From: Geosiphon pyriformis uo1
Taxonomy: Eukaryota; Fungi; Glomeromycota
Length of the DNA stretch: 64,000 nt
Assembly: GCA_016748015.1 (NCBI GenBank)
Contig: JAAOMT010000786.1
Span: 317,903-381,902, forward strand
Direction: 5' to 3'
A program made the position numbers and the translations under genes. The notes beneath the pieces are model-generated. The model saw only the letters and a list, made by a program, of their open reading frames with translations, was not told the origin of the DNA and ran no database searches. Of the stretch, positions 13,048-26,627 are shown in pieces. Within the stretch, counting starts at the first letter, position 1. Each line of letters opens with the position of its first letter.

Positions 13048-15416
13048 ATGCAAAACACTTTTCTCAAAAGGCACGTTTTTTCACCCACTTTCAGGCCAAA
13101 TTTTATCGCTTCACAGCTCGTAAAGGTATTTTTGCTTAAGAACTTTTGAACTTCCATAGCTTGAAATTCATATTTTATTCTTCCTTTCAGCGGCATTATG
13201 TTTCCTCCATAGCTCAAAAAGAAGTAAGTTAACATAAAATAAAATTTGTAAGCGGTTTTTCTTGAGCCAGTTGTATTTAACCTCCTAAATATAATGAACC
13301 CTCATCTTAAGTACCTAAACAAACCATTAGTGGAAACTGATATTGAAATATTCGACATAATAGAAAGGGAAAAAAAACGTCAACGTGAAAGTATCGTTCT
13401 TATACCCTCCGAGGTTGGTTAATGAACCCATTTAAGTTTTCTCCGAATTTTATTGATGAAATCTTTTGTAGAATTTTACATCTCGTGCTGTGATGGAAGC
13501 CCTTGGCTCTGTCATGCAAAACAAATATTCGGAAGGATATCCTGGAGCAAGGTATTTTGGCGAGCTCCATTATTTTACTTTCGTATTATTAGGTGAAGTT
13601 TGTTGAATTTCTTTCTGCAGTGCTTTTCAAATCTTTTGCCTGGGGAGATTCGAAGAATATCTATAGAAATATTTTTATTTATTACTTATTTATTTTATTT
13701 AAAACTGACTTCTATCTTAACTTTTCAAAGATATTATGGTGGCAACGAATATATTGATCAGGCTGAAAGTCTTTGCCAAAAACGTGCTTTAGAAGCATTC
13801 AACTTGGACCCATCTAAATGGGGAGTCAATGTACAGGCTTTATCCGGTAAAGTTTTATTCTACTAGAAAAATCTAATCATAATTTATTGAAATTCCTCTC
13901 AAATTTTATCTTCAGGGGCTCCGGCTAACTTATACGTATATAGCGCAATCTTAAAACCCCATGAAAGGTTGATGGGGCTCGATTTGCCACATGGTGGACA
14001 GTAAATATTAAACAATCCAGATTTTTTTCTGTGGTTCAACCCCAAAGGGATACCTCTGACAATTATCATTTTGAGCTCATTTAAGATAGTCTCTCTCATG
14101 GCTATCAAACAGACACAAGGAAAGTTTCTGCCATATCAGCATATTTTGAAACACTTCCTTATCGTTTGAACGAGCAAAAGGGGATCATTGATTATGATGC
14201 TCTTGAGTCGACAGCCATCTTATATCGGCCAAAGGTGATTATTGCGGGCGCTAGCGCCTATCCTCGAAAAATTGATTACCAGCGAATGAAACAAATCACT
14301 GATAAAATCAACGCATACTTAATGGCGGACATTGCTCATATAAGTGGTAGGAGAGATTTCACTTGAGCTTACGTTAAAACGAGTCTGATCATGCATTTAA
14401 CACCCGTTTTAATATGGTACGTCTTCAGGTTTAATAGCTGCGGGTGTTTTGCCTTCACCTTTTCAATATGCTGATATTGTTACTACCACAACGCATAAAT
14501 CTTTACGGGGTCCTCGTGGGGCTCTGATATTTTTCAGAAAGGGATTTAGGAAAGTCGATAAGAAAGGCAAAGGTGAACTTATTTTTTAATTTTCAAATTT
14601 AAGATTAATATTTCTAACTTTTTAATTTGACTGTATTTAAGAAACTTCTTACGATCTTGAGAATGCCATCAACCAATCAGTATTTCCAGGACACCAAGGT
14701 GGACCTCACAATCACACAATTACTGCTCTGGCGGTTGCGTTGAAGCAAGCTAAATCTACCATCTTTAAAGAATACCAGGAGCAAGTATTAAAAAATAGCT
14801 TGGCATTTGCAGAAGCTTTTAAAAACAAAGGGTATAAATTGGTCTCTGATGGTACAGATACACATTTGTTGCTGTTGGATTTGAAACCGAAGGTGAGACG
14901 GTCCAATTTTTATTTCAAAATTCAAAGATAAAACACATATAATACGGAAGTTCATTTTCATTTATGTGAAAAATATTTAGGGAATTGATGGGGCTCGGGT
15001 AGAACGTATTCTGGAATTGTCTAACATCGCTGCTAACAAAAACACGGTTCCCGGAGATATTAGTGCCATGATTCCTGGTGGTGTTCGTTTAGGAACTCCC
15101 GCAATGACAACGCGTGGTCTCTCTGAATCGGATTTTGTAAAAGTTGCAGACTTTATTCATCGTGGAGTGGAAATTGCAATAGATTCTAAATCAAAAGTCA
15201 AAGGTAAAGTATAATGAACCGGCAATTCCCTGTTTTATTTAGTCTCTTAATTAACCATTTCTACCAGGTTCCAAGTTTAAGGATTTCAAAGAATACATTG
15301 GGGATCATGGAGAATCTGACCCTAGAATTGCGGATTTGAAGAAGGAAGTGATTGAATTTGCAAGTGGTTTTCCTACAATCGGATTTGAAGAAAGTGAAAT
15401 GAAATTTGGATTGTGA
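13048..15416 (+). CDS. SHM1: Serine hydroxymethyltransferase, mitochondrial type, multi-exon
   Basis: Basic, acid-free N-terminus ([19 protein letters not shown]...). Motifs LIPSE|[39 protein letters not shown] (PLP lysine), [20 protein letters not shown]; TGA 15414-15416. Confidence 0.95.
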
Positions 15417-16232
15417 ATCATTGCCTGTGACAATATCTCCAATTCAGGTAACAAGATCTCTTATTGAAAGATTTCATGAGGCTTAGATATGGTTTTGAAG
15501 CCGTGAACATGTTTTGAGAATAACAACCCTTGCATATGGAAATAGAACTTTTTTTTGACATAAATCGGGGATTTAATATCACCTATCTTCAGCTTATTGA
15601 TATTAATTACACTTTCAGAACATCGATGTTTGTTTTTGTTTTTGTATTCGAAGGTTCAAAATTAGAAACTTTATACAAAGGTCTGCTACACGAAATGAAA
15701 AGTAACTAATGATATATAAAATAGGTATTCATTGTATATATTTTCCTATTTTAGTATTATATTTTGTGAGTAAATGACTTTGATTAGTAATATTGGGGAT
15801 AAGGGTCCTTATATCACTGTAAAACCAAGCAATGCCCGGAGAAAGATTTCCCGAGCGCCATTTTCATCTTTATCTATCACAATCACACAATTTCGGCAAT
15901 TGTACACTTTGAACCTTCCGATTCTTTGGATGTTGCCACATTTGAAGTGTAAGGTTTGCATTTTATATATTCAAACAAAATTATTTAGTTACTTATTATT
16001 ATATGAAAACAATATAAAATATGTAATAAAATACCCAAGTTTCTTAAATTTTTAATACATAAAAAATTGTTATTACAAAATAAATAAATGACAAAAAAAA
16101 ACAAAATTAAAAATGCGTCATGATTAACCAATTCTTTTATCAAAAGTGATGATATCATATGCTAAAGTCTCGAGTTCATTTACTTAATAAAGCGTATTGC
16201 ATGGTTTCCAAATACAAAATTACCTCAAAATA

Positions 16233-16845
16233 ATGTCTTTTATATACGATACCATTAAATTTTTACCAATTTTCTTCCTATGTTTATTGATAGTTGGCAT
16301 AATGATCCTGTTTGGTAAGCAAAAAAAGGTGTTTGGCAGTCTATCACTCAAAATATACAAATATTCTGTTCAACTTCCTCTTACTTTTGACCTCAACAGC
16401 CTATTTGATCTTGTGGAAATTAATACTATGCGAAAATAACTTCTTCCGAGAGCTTGTAGGGTTGCCTAAATTCACAAAACGGCAACAATATCTAAATGAA
16501 CATCAGTCGGTGGCAAAGACTAATAGACTTCAACAGCATTCAAGAAAAAATTCTCATGCTTCAAAACATTTGAAGCACTCAAAAGCTGCTTCGACGTCTA
16601 TCACCCAAGGAACAAATACTTCGCTTTCTCAACACAGAGCTTCTAATAGTTTGGGGAGTGGTGTGGATATTCCAATCATGCGGCATCGAAAAGATTCTTC
16701 TGCTCATATAACAAGTTCCAAATCACGGGAAGACATCATTTTAGCTCAGCGTGCTCGAGATTCCAATAGTGTAAATTTGGCTAGAGTTGCAGCTGCCAAA
16801 CCAAACGACAATTCGCTGAAATTTGAGGAGGGCTATATTTCTTGA
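16233..16845 (+). CDS. Small orphan protein with N-terminal hydrophobic helix and basic disordered tail, 2 exons
   Basis: Exon 1 is MSFIYDTIKFLPIFFLCLLIVGIMILFG. Intron GTAAGC (16315)..TGTAG (16459) joins in frame to LPKFTKRQQ...EEGYIS*. Confidence 0.55.
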
Positions 16846-17243
16846 AATAGTACAAGCGATAATAATTCAGGTCAATCAATACCCGTACGCTACTTTAAAT
16901 CTTGAACAATTACGGTAACTTTCTGAATAGAATTCAGAAAGTAATTTTTGAGATCATTGGAATTACCTAAAAGCGGCTCATTTTCTTTGGTAAGTAAATT
17001 TCCATATTCATCATTAGCTCTGAATCATGGAATTTAAAATTTTGTATTTTTGATGATAATTCCATTGAATTTTTTAGTAACTTATCCCCTTTATTACATC
17101 TTATGAAGGTTTATTTACTATTCAAAGCACAAGTTTTTTATTTTCAATTACGGTTATATTGAAATATCCTTTCTTTTTAACTGTCACCCAATAATATAAA
17201 TAAAAGTAATATCAAACAAAAACAAAAATTCTTTTAATAACAT

Positions 17244-20200
17244 TCACCAGACGTCTTCTGGAAAGCCATTAAATTCCCAGATCTCGTCTACTTTTGCATC
17301 AGTTGGTGTTTGATAGACAACCCTAAGTCTTAGTCGAACATTGGTCTTTAAGGATAATTAAAAAAAAGTTAAAATTGACTGCAAGTCCTCGAATTATAAA
17401 GAAATGTTAATTACCTTTTGAGGGTTAGCGACGCGAATAAGCTGGGTCGCAGTCGCTCCAGGTGGAATAATCGTTGATGATGGAGTCTGCATTTGCAATT
17501 TTTGAGTCTGTGGAATCATGAAAGTGGGAAGAGTGATTAGAAGAAGTATAAATGCAGTTGAAAGTTCAAATAAAAACCTTGTGAACCGCCGCCTGGAATA
17601 ATAAATTTTGTATAGTTGTTCCAAGTCCAATATTATGGAATGTGACGTTAATATTTAAAACGTTAGGAGTCGTCGGGTCTTTAGATGGATCAAGTGTTAT
17701 TTTGAATCCATCCTTGTCATATGCCGTATAATTACCTGTACGAAAAGAAGGTTTAGGAATTTACTTCGTGATGCATTAGATCAAAGAAAATATCAACTTG
17801 CTTTGAGGAATAGTAGTAGGAGACGGAATAGGGGATGGTTGTCGCATCGGAGTTTGTGGCAACCCAGAACTCTGAGGAAGAGTCGATGGTTGCGAAGGGA
17901 TGGAAGGTTGATGAGAATTGGTCAATCCTAGAAGACCAAGACTCTCTAACGGATTTTGCAGTGGAGGTTGTTTTGAAGCAGTTGCAGCAGGATTAATAGA
18001 CGTAGCAGATGTGGTACTAGTGGGATTATCAAATAAACTCATTATATCATTTTTAGTGGAAGTTACAGGCTTTGAAGTCGTAGAAGCAGCATTTCCAAAA
18101 ATATCAGCCAAAAGATCAGCTGTATTTTGCTCGGGGGCTGCTTTTTTAGAATCAGAAACAAGATTTCCATCATCCAAATCTAAAAGACCCTAGTGTGAGA
18201 AAGAATTGTAATAATTTCATAAGACATTGGCGTCAGTGATAAATCCATGATTGAACAAGTAGAGATACTTACGCCTCCTTCATCGTTACCCTCACTTTTG
18301 ATTCCAACCATATCTTGGGCTATATCAAATAATTGTTAACAAGGGGTTTCTATCGATAATAAAATATCTACAAATAATATTTACAAGATTTATTTTGTTC
18401 CTCTTTGATTTCTGGTATGGGCATTCGTTCCAAGATAGCAGGTCGAATATTTTCAAATTTGAACAAATTTTTATATTCCACTGCTCGTTGTTGTATTTCA
18501 ACTTCAATGCTTGTACTGTATTTTTCAAGATTAGCCTGTATACGCTGAACCACTGACGAGTTGGTGAATCTCGAAGTGAGTTTCATCAAAGCTGTCAAAC
18601 CATATTCTCGGACAATTTGGTTAGCGTAAGGTCCTGCCAATATGGATTCCAAAAGGTCAACAACATCTGATTCATTCACCTTTAAAATAGTCGAGGTATT
18701 AAAAAAAGAGCCTAATAACATTTGGGACGAGAATAGATTTTTTGCTCTTTATTACCTCTCTTACGAGTTCCTCTTCTTCGAAACTACCTCCTTTTATCAA
18801 AATATCACCATATTCTCCAATTACCCATATTCCACCTAAAGTGAGGGATTCCTAAAGATCAAGCTTATGTTATTAATGAAAAGAAATTTGAGAAATGAAT
18901 TATAACCCATCTTCGTCTAAAATTTTACCTGTGAGATGTCTGCTTTCAATGCAGAATATAGCTTTTGCACTGTATAAGCGTTCAAATCCGGTGTTTGAGC
19001 CACTAGACGAATAAAGTTTGACAAAATTTCTTCCCGAACATAATTGCCGGCCTATTAAAATAGAGAGAATCAATGGGATTATTACGAAAGCAAATAATAT
19101 GAATGAATAATGTCCTCACCAACTTCAACACGCGTAACACAGTGTCAATGTGCCATCGTTTATTAGGAGCAAAACTAATATAGAGTGATTAAAAGTTTTG
19201 GTTGCTTCTGTAACTCGGAAAAATTCCTGCCAAAAAAATCTTACCGGTCTGCGGCTAAACATATTTTGGTGGTCATCCCTTGTTTGAATTCATTATCAGC
19301 AACTTCCAGAAAGGCTAATAATTCACGAGTCAATACACGAACGTTGGATTCGTTGATTAATGCAAAGGCCAATTCTAATGCTCTTCGTCTTATTGAGATA
19401 TCACCATCGCGTAGACAATCAAGTATAATATTTCGATGTCGTTGTACAGCATTAGTGTCCAATGAAACCGTTTTATTCAGAGTTGTAAGCGCGACATATC
19501 TAACAAAATGTTAATATTAATAAGAAATTAATAAGCAAAAAAATCGAATATGCGCATTATAATACCTGATATTGTTGTCTCGATTCGTTAAAAACTTGCC
19601 TAAAATATTGATAGCTAATACGCGAAGTCCGGAATCAGATTGAATCTCCATAATTGTTTGAACCGTTTCGTAAAGTATTGAATTTCCAACATTTTTAGTT
19701 GATTCTGTGTTTGTTGCAACCTTTGAAGATAGATAATGATTTTATTCATCAAATATATTTAATTTGTGATATGAGAATAAATGGCTTGTACAAAAAAAAA
19801 GACAGACCTGTGCAAGTACATCGTTCATTGCTTCACTGGCCTCTTTATCACCTTTTCCTAAAATTCTCAAAAGTCTCAATATTTTGACTTGAAGGAAAGG
19901 ATCAGTCACACCAGTGACATCATGTTCAGGAGAGAATCCTGCAGTGACAAGACTTTTTAAATGACGGACTAGTAATGGAACGTCCTGTAGAAAAATTGAA
20001 AGCTTGATTTTGATTTTGATTTTGATATAAAACAAAATTTTCGAGCTAAACCTTCTGAAATGCTTTTAATGCTTCGTTGCTTTCGTAGCACATTTCCGTT
20101 ATAAGTGTAGTGCCAGTGAGCAAGACACCATGATTTCTATCACTTAGAAGAGATCTTGCTCGGCTTAAGAAATTCTCCTGAAGTTCAGGAACTTTTCGGA

Positions 20201-20980
20201 TGATTCGCATGGCACATAAAGCGGCCTAAAAAATTCGTGCCAATTTCTATTACGATCAAAATATTGACAAGTAGTGAGTTGTGTTAAGCATCAATATATA
20301 GCAATTATTAACGATTTACCTTCTTGCGAATATATGTATTTGAACTACCAAGCAACTTTTCTACTTCAGAGCATAAATCGCGTGCCATTTCCGGAGAAGA
20401 TATGTTCCCCAAGGTACATAAGCCCAAACCTACAATATACATATTTGAGTGATTCATGTCCCTACAGAAATATTTATTGTAGTTATATTTATGCTAAAAC
20501 TTTAATCGAGATTTTTTGATGAAAAAAATCAATTTTTAAAAAATATTTAAATTTGAAGGATACTTTTTCAATGAATTCGTTACCAGAGTTAACACTTCTT
20601 GATTTTCGTCAAGCAACAGCATTATTCCCAGGTATCCCAATCGTTTGTCAGCAAAACGATTAGATGCGACCAATTTTAAGCATTCGATTTGTCCAAAATG
20701 GGCCGGGTATCCCAGCATGTGTATATAGAGCAACTTCGCCACGTTTGCATGTCGAGCATCATTGTTTTCTTCCCTAAAGCTTGTCCGAATTGCAGCGGAT
20801 TCTTTTTGAATTACTGCTCTTTCATCAGCCGCCGTCTTACAGGCGCGAATCGCTTTTATTAGGTCTTCAATAATAATAAAAATGAAAGTTTTGATTGGTT
20901 TGGATGTGCAAAATTAAATTCTTTTAGAGTTCATTCGACGAAAGTGAAAGGGGATTACCTTTCAATCTATAGTATGGCAT
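17244..20980 (-). CDS. APL4: AP-1 complex gamma subunit (gamma-adaptin), multi-exon
   Basis: MPYYRLK|[16 protein letters not shown]; [15 protein letters not shown]; [22 protein letters not shown]; [11 protein letters not shown]; EIQQRAVEY; S/T/P-rich hinge; ear domain ending FNGFPEDVW*. Confidence 0.95.
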
Positions 20981-21256
20981 TTTTTGAGTTTCAGTTGAAA
21001 GGTTGCTACGAACTTTATATTTACATCTAATGAGAAAAAGATGATTGGTTGCTTGGTGATAACTGATAATTGGTTGATCACATCAGCCGTTTTTCTTCAG
21101 TAAACTGGTTTTATTCCAACAGGGATATTATTTAATTCGCTAAGAAAAAAGATACCAAAAATCGTAACGAAGTATTTCTTTGATTTTGGATGTGTTCAAA
21201 ACCAAAAATCAAAATCTCAATATTATCAAAGTGATATCTATATTCTTATCAAAATT

Positions 21257-22027
21257 CTATTTAAGTTTTTTTAATCGTTTATCCTTTCTATAGAGGCCAG
21301 TTAATAAAAGGTTATATTTCGCAATTTTTTCTTGATCCCATCCATGCTCTCTGAACCAATTGAATTGGTTTTCCTTTACGCTCACTTTCAAATGTAAATG
21401 TGCAAGATTTCGCGCATTTCCATGATTCAATGTCATTTTTTCGAATTCTAATCTTTCCCATGGTGCTTTTGAATTTATCGTTTCTTCTTCTAAAACTTTA
21501 CAAGCCAAGTAAAACATTTGAAAAATTTCATCATCGGTACATTCCGAAAGCCTTTCGATATGTCGAATTGGAGTGATAATAAACATCGGTCTCGCTTTTG
21601 CATCGAGCCAAATTTGATGTAACATATTGCACTCTTGATTTTTTGTAAAAGAATATTCTAAACGGGAGGTCCTATTAGTTTCCGATTCTGTGTCACATGC
21701 TAAACAATTCTGAACTTTCCTTGGGGGTTGTCGGTGAACTTCGACGACATTTACCAAAAAACCAGTTTCAGGAGTTTCGTTCACAAATAACTTAAAATGC
21801 TCCTTGTGGTTTTCAACTTCAATTTCGTTTAAAATATTTCGAAAGAAATTCACAGCACGTTTAAAGGTTGCAGAATCATCTTCCAATTTAATGTAATTTG
21901 CGTCGCCTAGATAGTCAATCAATCGACAGGGTACTTCAGGTGAAAAGCGAAACTTTTTGGCGGAAGTAAAAGCTTTTCTGAAATTTCTAAAGCCCGATCC
22001 ATTTGGAGCTTTTCCATCAGTTTCCAT
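21257..22027 (-). CDS. Intronless HIT-fold (histidine triad-like) protein with variant HLHLK motif
   Basis: First in-frame ATG at 22027 (METDGK...). CLAC, FIITPIRHIERLSE and TLNHGNARNLAHLHLK occur in HIT-family order. Confidence 0.7.
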   Translation of the reverse strand: METDGKAPNGSGFRNFRKAFTSAKKFRFSPEVPCRLIDYLGDANYIKLEDDSATFKRAVNFFRNILNEIEVENHKEHFKLFVNETPETGFLVNVVEVHRQPPRKVQNCLACDTESETNRTSRLEYSFTKNQECNMLHQIWLDAKARPMFIITPIRHIERLSECTDDEIFQMFYLACKVLEEETINSKAPWERLEFEKMTLNHGNARNLAHLHLKVSVKENQFNWFREHGWDQEKIAKYNLLLTGLYRKDKRLKKLK

Positions 22028-22119
22028 ACCAGACAACACACTTTGGTTTCAATAAGTGGTGCCCGAGAATATGCAGATAGGGCTTATCATCCAAAATTTT
22101 GCATCACCATCACCCCATC

Positions 22120-22178
22120 ATTATAATAATAATAATAATAATGATAATAATGATAATAATAATCATCATCATCATCAT
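22120..22178. repeat. Compound (AAT)/(GAT)/(CAT) microsatellite upstream of the HIT-like gene
   Basis: Read directly from sequence. Confidence 0.8.
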
Positions 22179-23577
22179 GAAACTTTAAATGATAGTTAAC
22201 CATAATAAGCAACGAATAAAGGTTAATAATATAAGTTAAAAATGAGTTATTGAGAACAATTTAAATTAATTAAAAATATATTTTGAATAAAAAAAATATT
22301 ATTATTCAAATTTCATTTTTTTATAAATGCCATTATTTTAATTAAAAATATTAAATCATTATTTTTTTATTTCAGTTTTTGTATACAAAAATTTTGAAAA
22401 TATTAAATTAAATAAAAATAAATTATAAATACATACACAAAAAAATATTTAACCCAAAAATATAATAGAATCAAACTGATCTTGTGATTGTATGCTATCC
22501 TTTATAAAATCTTTTACCATGTGAATTATATGACCATATAATGTGCTTATGACATCACTTTCGAATTGCTTTTAAAATTTAGATTTTTTCCCAAGTTTGT
22601 TATCATTTTAATAAAAAACCCCAATTATTTGTAATCACCAAATTGCGGGCGTTATTTTTGTCCTGACAAAAAAATGCGCCTTTGGACACTGTCGAAAATT
22701 ATTAATATTATTTATCAAAGTCCTCATTCAATAATTTATTGTGTGATACCTAAAATAAGTTATGGTTCTATAACAACGATTCTAATACCCACACGCGTCA
22801 TCATTTTTTTATCTGTAGATTGAACACGAACGTGCACATTTAAACATTCTATCCCAAAAAGGAAATCCAAGATACCACCCAAATTATCTCCGCTACTTTG
22901 ACCTTTAATATATTTACAGAAAGGAACAAGGAAATATTCTTCCCTCTTGTTCGTTTGCCCATCCTGGTTTAACAAACAATTGTCGCTTCTATTCACTTGT
23001 GATATTAAGTTTTCCTTTTAAATTACTCTTTTCATGCTTCCATGTTGCTTTGTTTTGAAAAAATAAGACCAAAAAACTTGATACCCAGTTTTCGGCTCGT
23101 TCTTCTTTAAAATCTAGTATATTTTCACGATTCACTTTTATCTTAGTAGAAGTAAAATCTCAAGTTTATTTTCACTTATATTAATTCTTTTTAAACCTTG
23201 TTTTTATGAAATATAAAAATAACCAGCGAAACCTAACACTTCGAACAAAAGGACGCTGGACGATTCCGATTTCACTTTAAAGCCAACAAAAAAATTAACA
23301 ATATTTCACCCCACTCTCAGTTACTACTTGATTTTGCCCTCTTTTCCTGGAGAAAATTTGGTTTTTAAATTACTCCATTGAACTGGTATTGATATAGAGA
23401 AACGTCGGTTACCTTTTGTTTTTAAAGGTGGACATCCTTCATTGCATACACCACATTTTTTAGCATCTTGTACTTGTCACAAGCGGCTACAAGTAAAATA
23501 CCTTGCCGATATATCATTGCTATTTGCTCTCACCTTGACTACGGCCATTTATAGTACTATTTTTATTGTTTATTACG

Positions 23578-26500
23578 ATGGCGGAGGCTCAGTTTGACCA
23601 AAGACCTCAACAACAGCTTCATCAAAAATACTATCATGAAAAATCTCATCAAGGATCCTATGTTAGAGATAGCGGTTTTCAGGAGTCGCCACTAGATATT
23701 GCTGCCACCGTGGATGGTCATATCGATACTGCGAAATTTTTAGGAAAAAAATTGATGAATGACGAAAAAACAACACAAAATTCTAGTGTATTAGATCCTT
23801 GGGGAACCACAATTGATCAAGAAGAATTTACCAAATCAATTAAATTCAACAAATCGTTACCACCAACTCCATCCGCTTCTTCTGATGAGGATACAATCGA
23901 GGATAATTTTAATCAATTTTCAGAAATGCTCAAAGTTAACAAAACTACAACTAACGATATTATTATGATTGATGGTCTTGGTGACGAGAAAACAATCATG
24001 TTGAACGTAGAATTATCAGAAGAACAAAAAAAAGAAAAGATCAATAACATCTTTTCATTGGCAGCCAGCAGTGGTAATGTTGAAAGAGTATCAAAAATGT
24101 TGGAGAATTCCAGAAAATATATTGATATTGATGCTCAGGATGAAAATGGCACAACTCCATTGATTTATGCATCATGCTTTGGTCATGAAAGTATCGTGTT
24201 TACACTTTTAGAAGCGGGAGCTAAAGTGGATGCCCATGATCGAAGTAAGTGACCAATAGCACGAAATAAAGGTGAAAATCGAATCAAAATGAGAGCCATG
24301 AAAATTTAACCAACATCCCTCAAGTGGGAGGATGTGTGAATCATGTTTCAAAATTTGGCAAAAACTCTTAACATCCTACACATAAATTTCGAAAATTACT
24401 CATTTTTCATAAATGCATTAGAGAAATACAGAAAATTAAAGAGAATTTTGAAAATTCCTTTATTCAAAAGACCTTTTTCATTAATCTTCATAATATCAGA
24501 TGGTTGGACACCTTTGATGTGGGCAACAAATAACAATCATAGCTCTACTATTCGGCTCCTTTTGGATCATGGGGCGGATGCTGGTGCTAAATCAGTAAAA
24601 GGACATACCGTGTTTAACTTTGTTCCCCCGGATAATCACAAAATTGCCGAGATATTTATACGTAACCCACAACGGGATAGTTGGTCAAGTAATGGAAGTC
24701 TTGGAAGATGGTCATTTAAAATGGATGACGAAAATGGATGGTATCTTATTGGAGACGCTGAAAACCGCCTTGAAGAGTCCCTGGCGGAGGCAGAAATGAA
24801 AAGAAGAATGATGATGGAAAGTGCTATTAATCTTGATGTTGATTTGGAAGGCTTAGGCTTGGATGAACTAGAAGTAAATATATAGATCTTGAACGTTTTA
24901 TTGGTTCTCAACTCTTAATGACAATATGAGTTTTTTATCATGAAATAGAGCCTCGAAGAAGAGCTACCATCAAAATTTGTATGGGAGCACTGTCTGCCTC
25001 ATCAAATGTTTGTTTTCTCTTCAGAAGATATTCCACATATAATTCACACGGTGATCACCAATATGCAACCTATCCGTTCCAAAGCCCAAAAACCGGTACC
25101 AGCAAATGTTTTATTTCTAAGTGCAAGATTTGCACATTATTTCAGTAGTCCTGAATTATTAGAAGAACTTCTTTACGCAATATTTGACACAATTGATATG
25201 GTCGTCCGGGTATGTTTTCTTGTTTTTTTAAAATACAAATTCCTTCCTTCGCTCACCTTGTTTTTTCCCAAATTTAGTCAAAACCGGATGACATGACTCT
25301 TCAATCATTTTGGATTTCGAATTGCACACTTTTTTTATATTATTTGAAGAAGGATGCTGGCCTCTCAGAGGCCACTTTAGAATACCAAATTCGCTTTGCT
25401 GAACTTATTCACGACATATTTGTATTATTGGTTCGTGATGCTGAAAGAAGATTTGACAAAATTTTGGAAGCATCTATGCTAGACTTTGAAACAATTCCAC
25501 TCGATGATGTTCGCTTTGAAGGTGAATGGCGTGTCTTCAGAAGTCTGACACGTAGATCACACAGCCCATCATCAACAGTGGCAACTTCAAACCCAATAGC
25601 CACAACTAGTAGTACCACAATACCAACAGGATGTTCGGTAAAATCAAGCCCAAATTTGAGAAGAAGTGCTTCGACTTCTGGTGTACCATCATCAACTCGA
25701 CCTACACCACCTTCTCCTCGACAAAGAAGTCAACCATCACCACGAAATATTACTTCTCTTCTTTCTTCTACACTTTTTATTTTGCAAACTTATGAACTCC
25801 ATCCAAGCATCGTTGAACAAATAATCTCACAAATTTATCATTATATATCGAGCGAGCTCTTCAACGGGATTTTGTCAAAGAAAAAATATTTATGTCGTTC
25901 AAAAGCAATGCAAATTCGACTCAATGTCTCCATCCTTGAGGATTGGATACGTACAAACAATCTTCTGCCTAATGCTATATCTCATTTTCAACCATTGATT
26001 CAACTCTTACAACTACTTCAATGTTGGTCTCAAATGGCCGACTTCACAATCATGGTTCAAACTACCAAAGAATTGCATTTGATCAATCCCGCTCAATTAA
26101 AACGAGTGATGAAAAATTATCGGTATGAAATTAAAGAAACTCGATTACCTGAAGAATGTCAGCAATATATTTTACAACTTGAAGAAGATCATGAGCGACG
26201 GAAAAAACGTCATTCTGGTGAAAGCCTTAGAAGTGTACGAAGTGAGTCGAGCCTTTACCTTATTGGTAACATAAGTCCAACCAACGCTAATGGTGGAACT
26301 GGATGGGAAGAAGAAGAAGATTTAATGGAGACAAAAGATAGTAAAATGTTACTTCCCTTTGCCATTCCTACAAGCACCGAAATGCTGGCGAAATACGGTC
26401 GAAAAGAGAAAGCGTCTGACTTTATTCCGGTTGTCCCTGATGAATGGATGGAAAAATTGGATGTAGGAATGCGGCATGGTACTAGCAGTGTCGTAGAGGA

Positions 26501-26627
26501 ACTCACCTCACAATGGGAAGCAGATTATAATGAGGATGAGGATGATGATGAGGATGACGAAGAATTGGATCAAACCATTGTTAGTCTAGAACAAACGCAA
26601 CATTCAGAAAATTTTGGCGAGGCCTAA
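23578..26627 (+). CDS. Ankyrin-repeat + Dilute (DIL) domain protein, 4 exons
   Basis: Ankyrin motifs GTTPLIYASCFGH and GWTPLMWATNNNH; PVPANVLFLSARFAHY; FWISNC; DIL motifs CRSKAMQIRLNVSILEDW, QLLQLLQ, INPAQLKRVMKNYRYE; acidic tail. Confidence 0.88.

Noticed and set aside
15774-16055. 93-aa ORF downstream of SHMT
   Set aside because: No motif, runs into AT-rich DNA; at most a pseudogene fragment.
22049-22051. Selenocysteine or readthrough TGA in the HIT-like gene
   Set aside because: No SECIS recognised, the TGA is not in a redox motif, and a good ATG lies just downstream.
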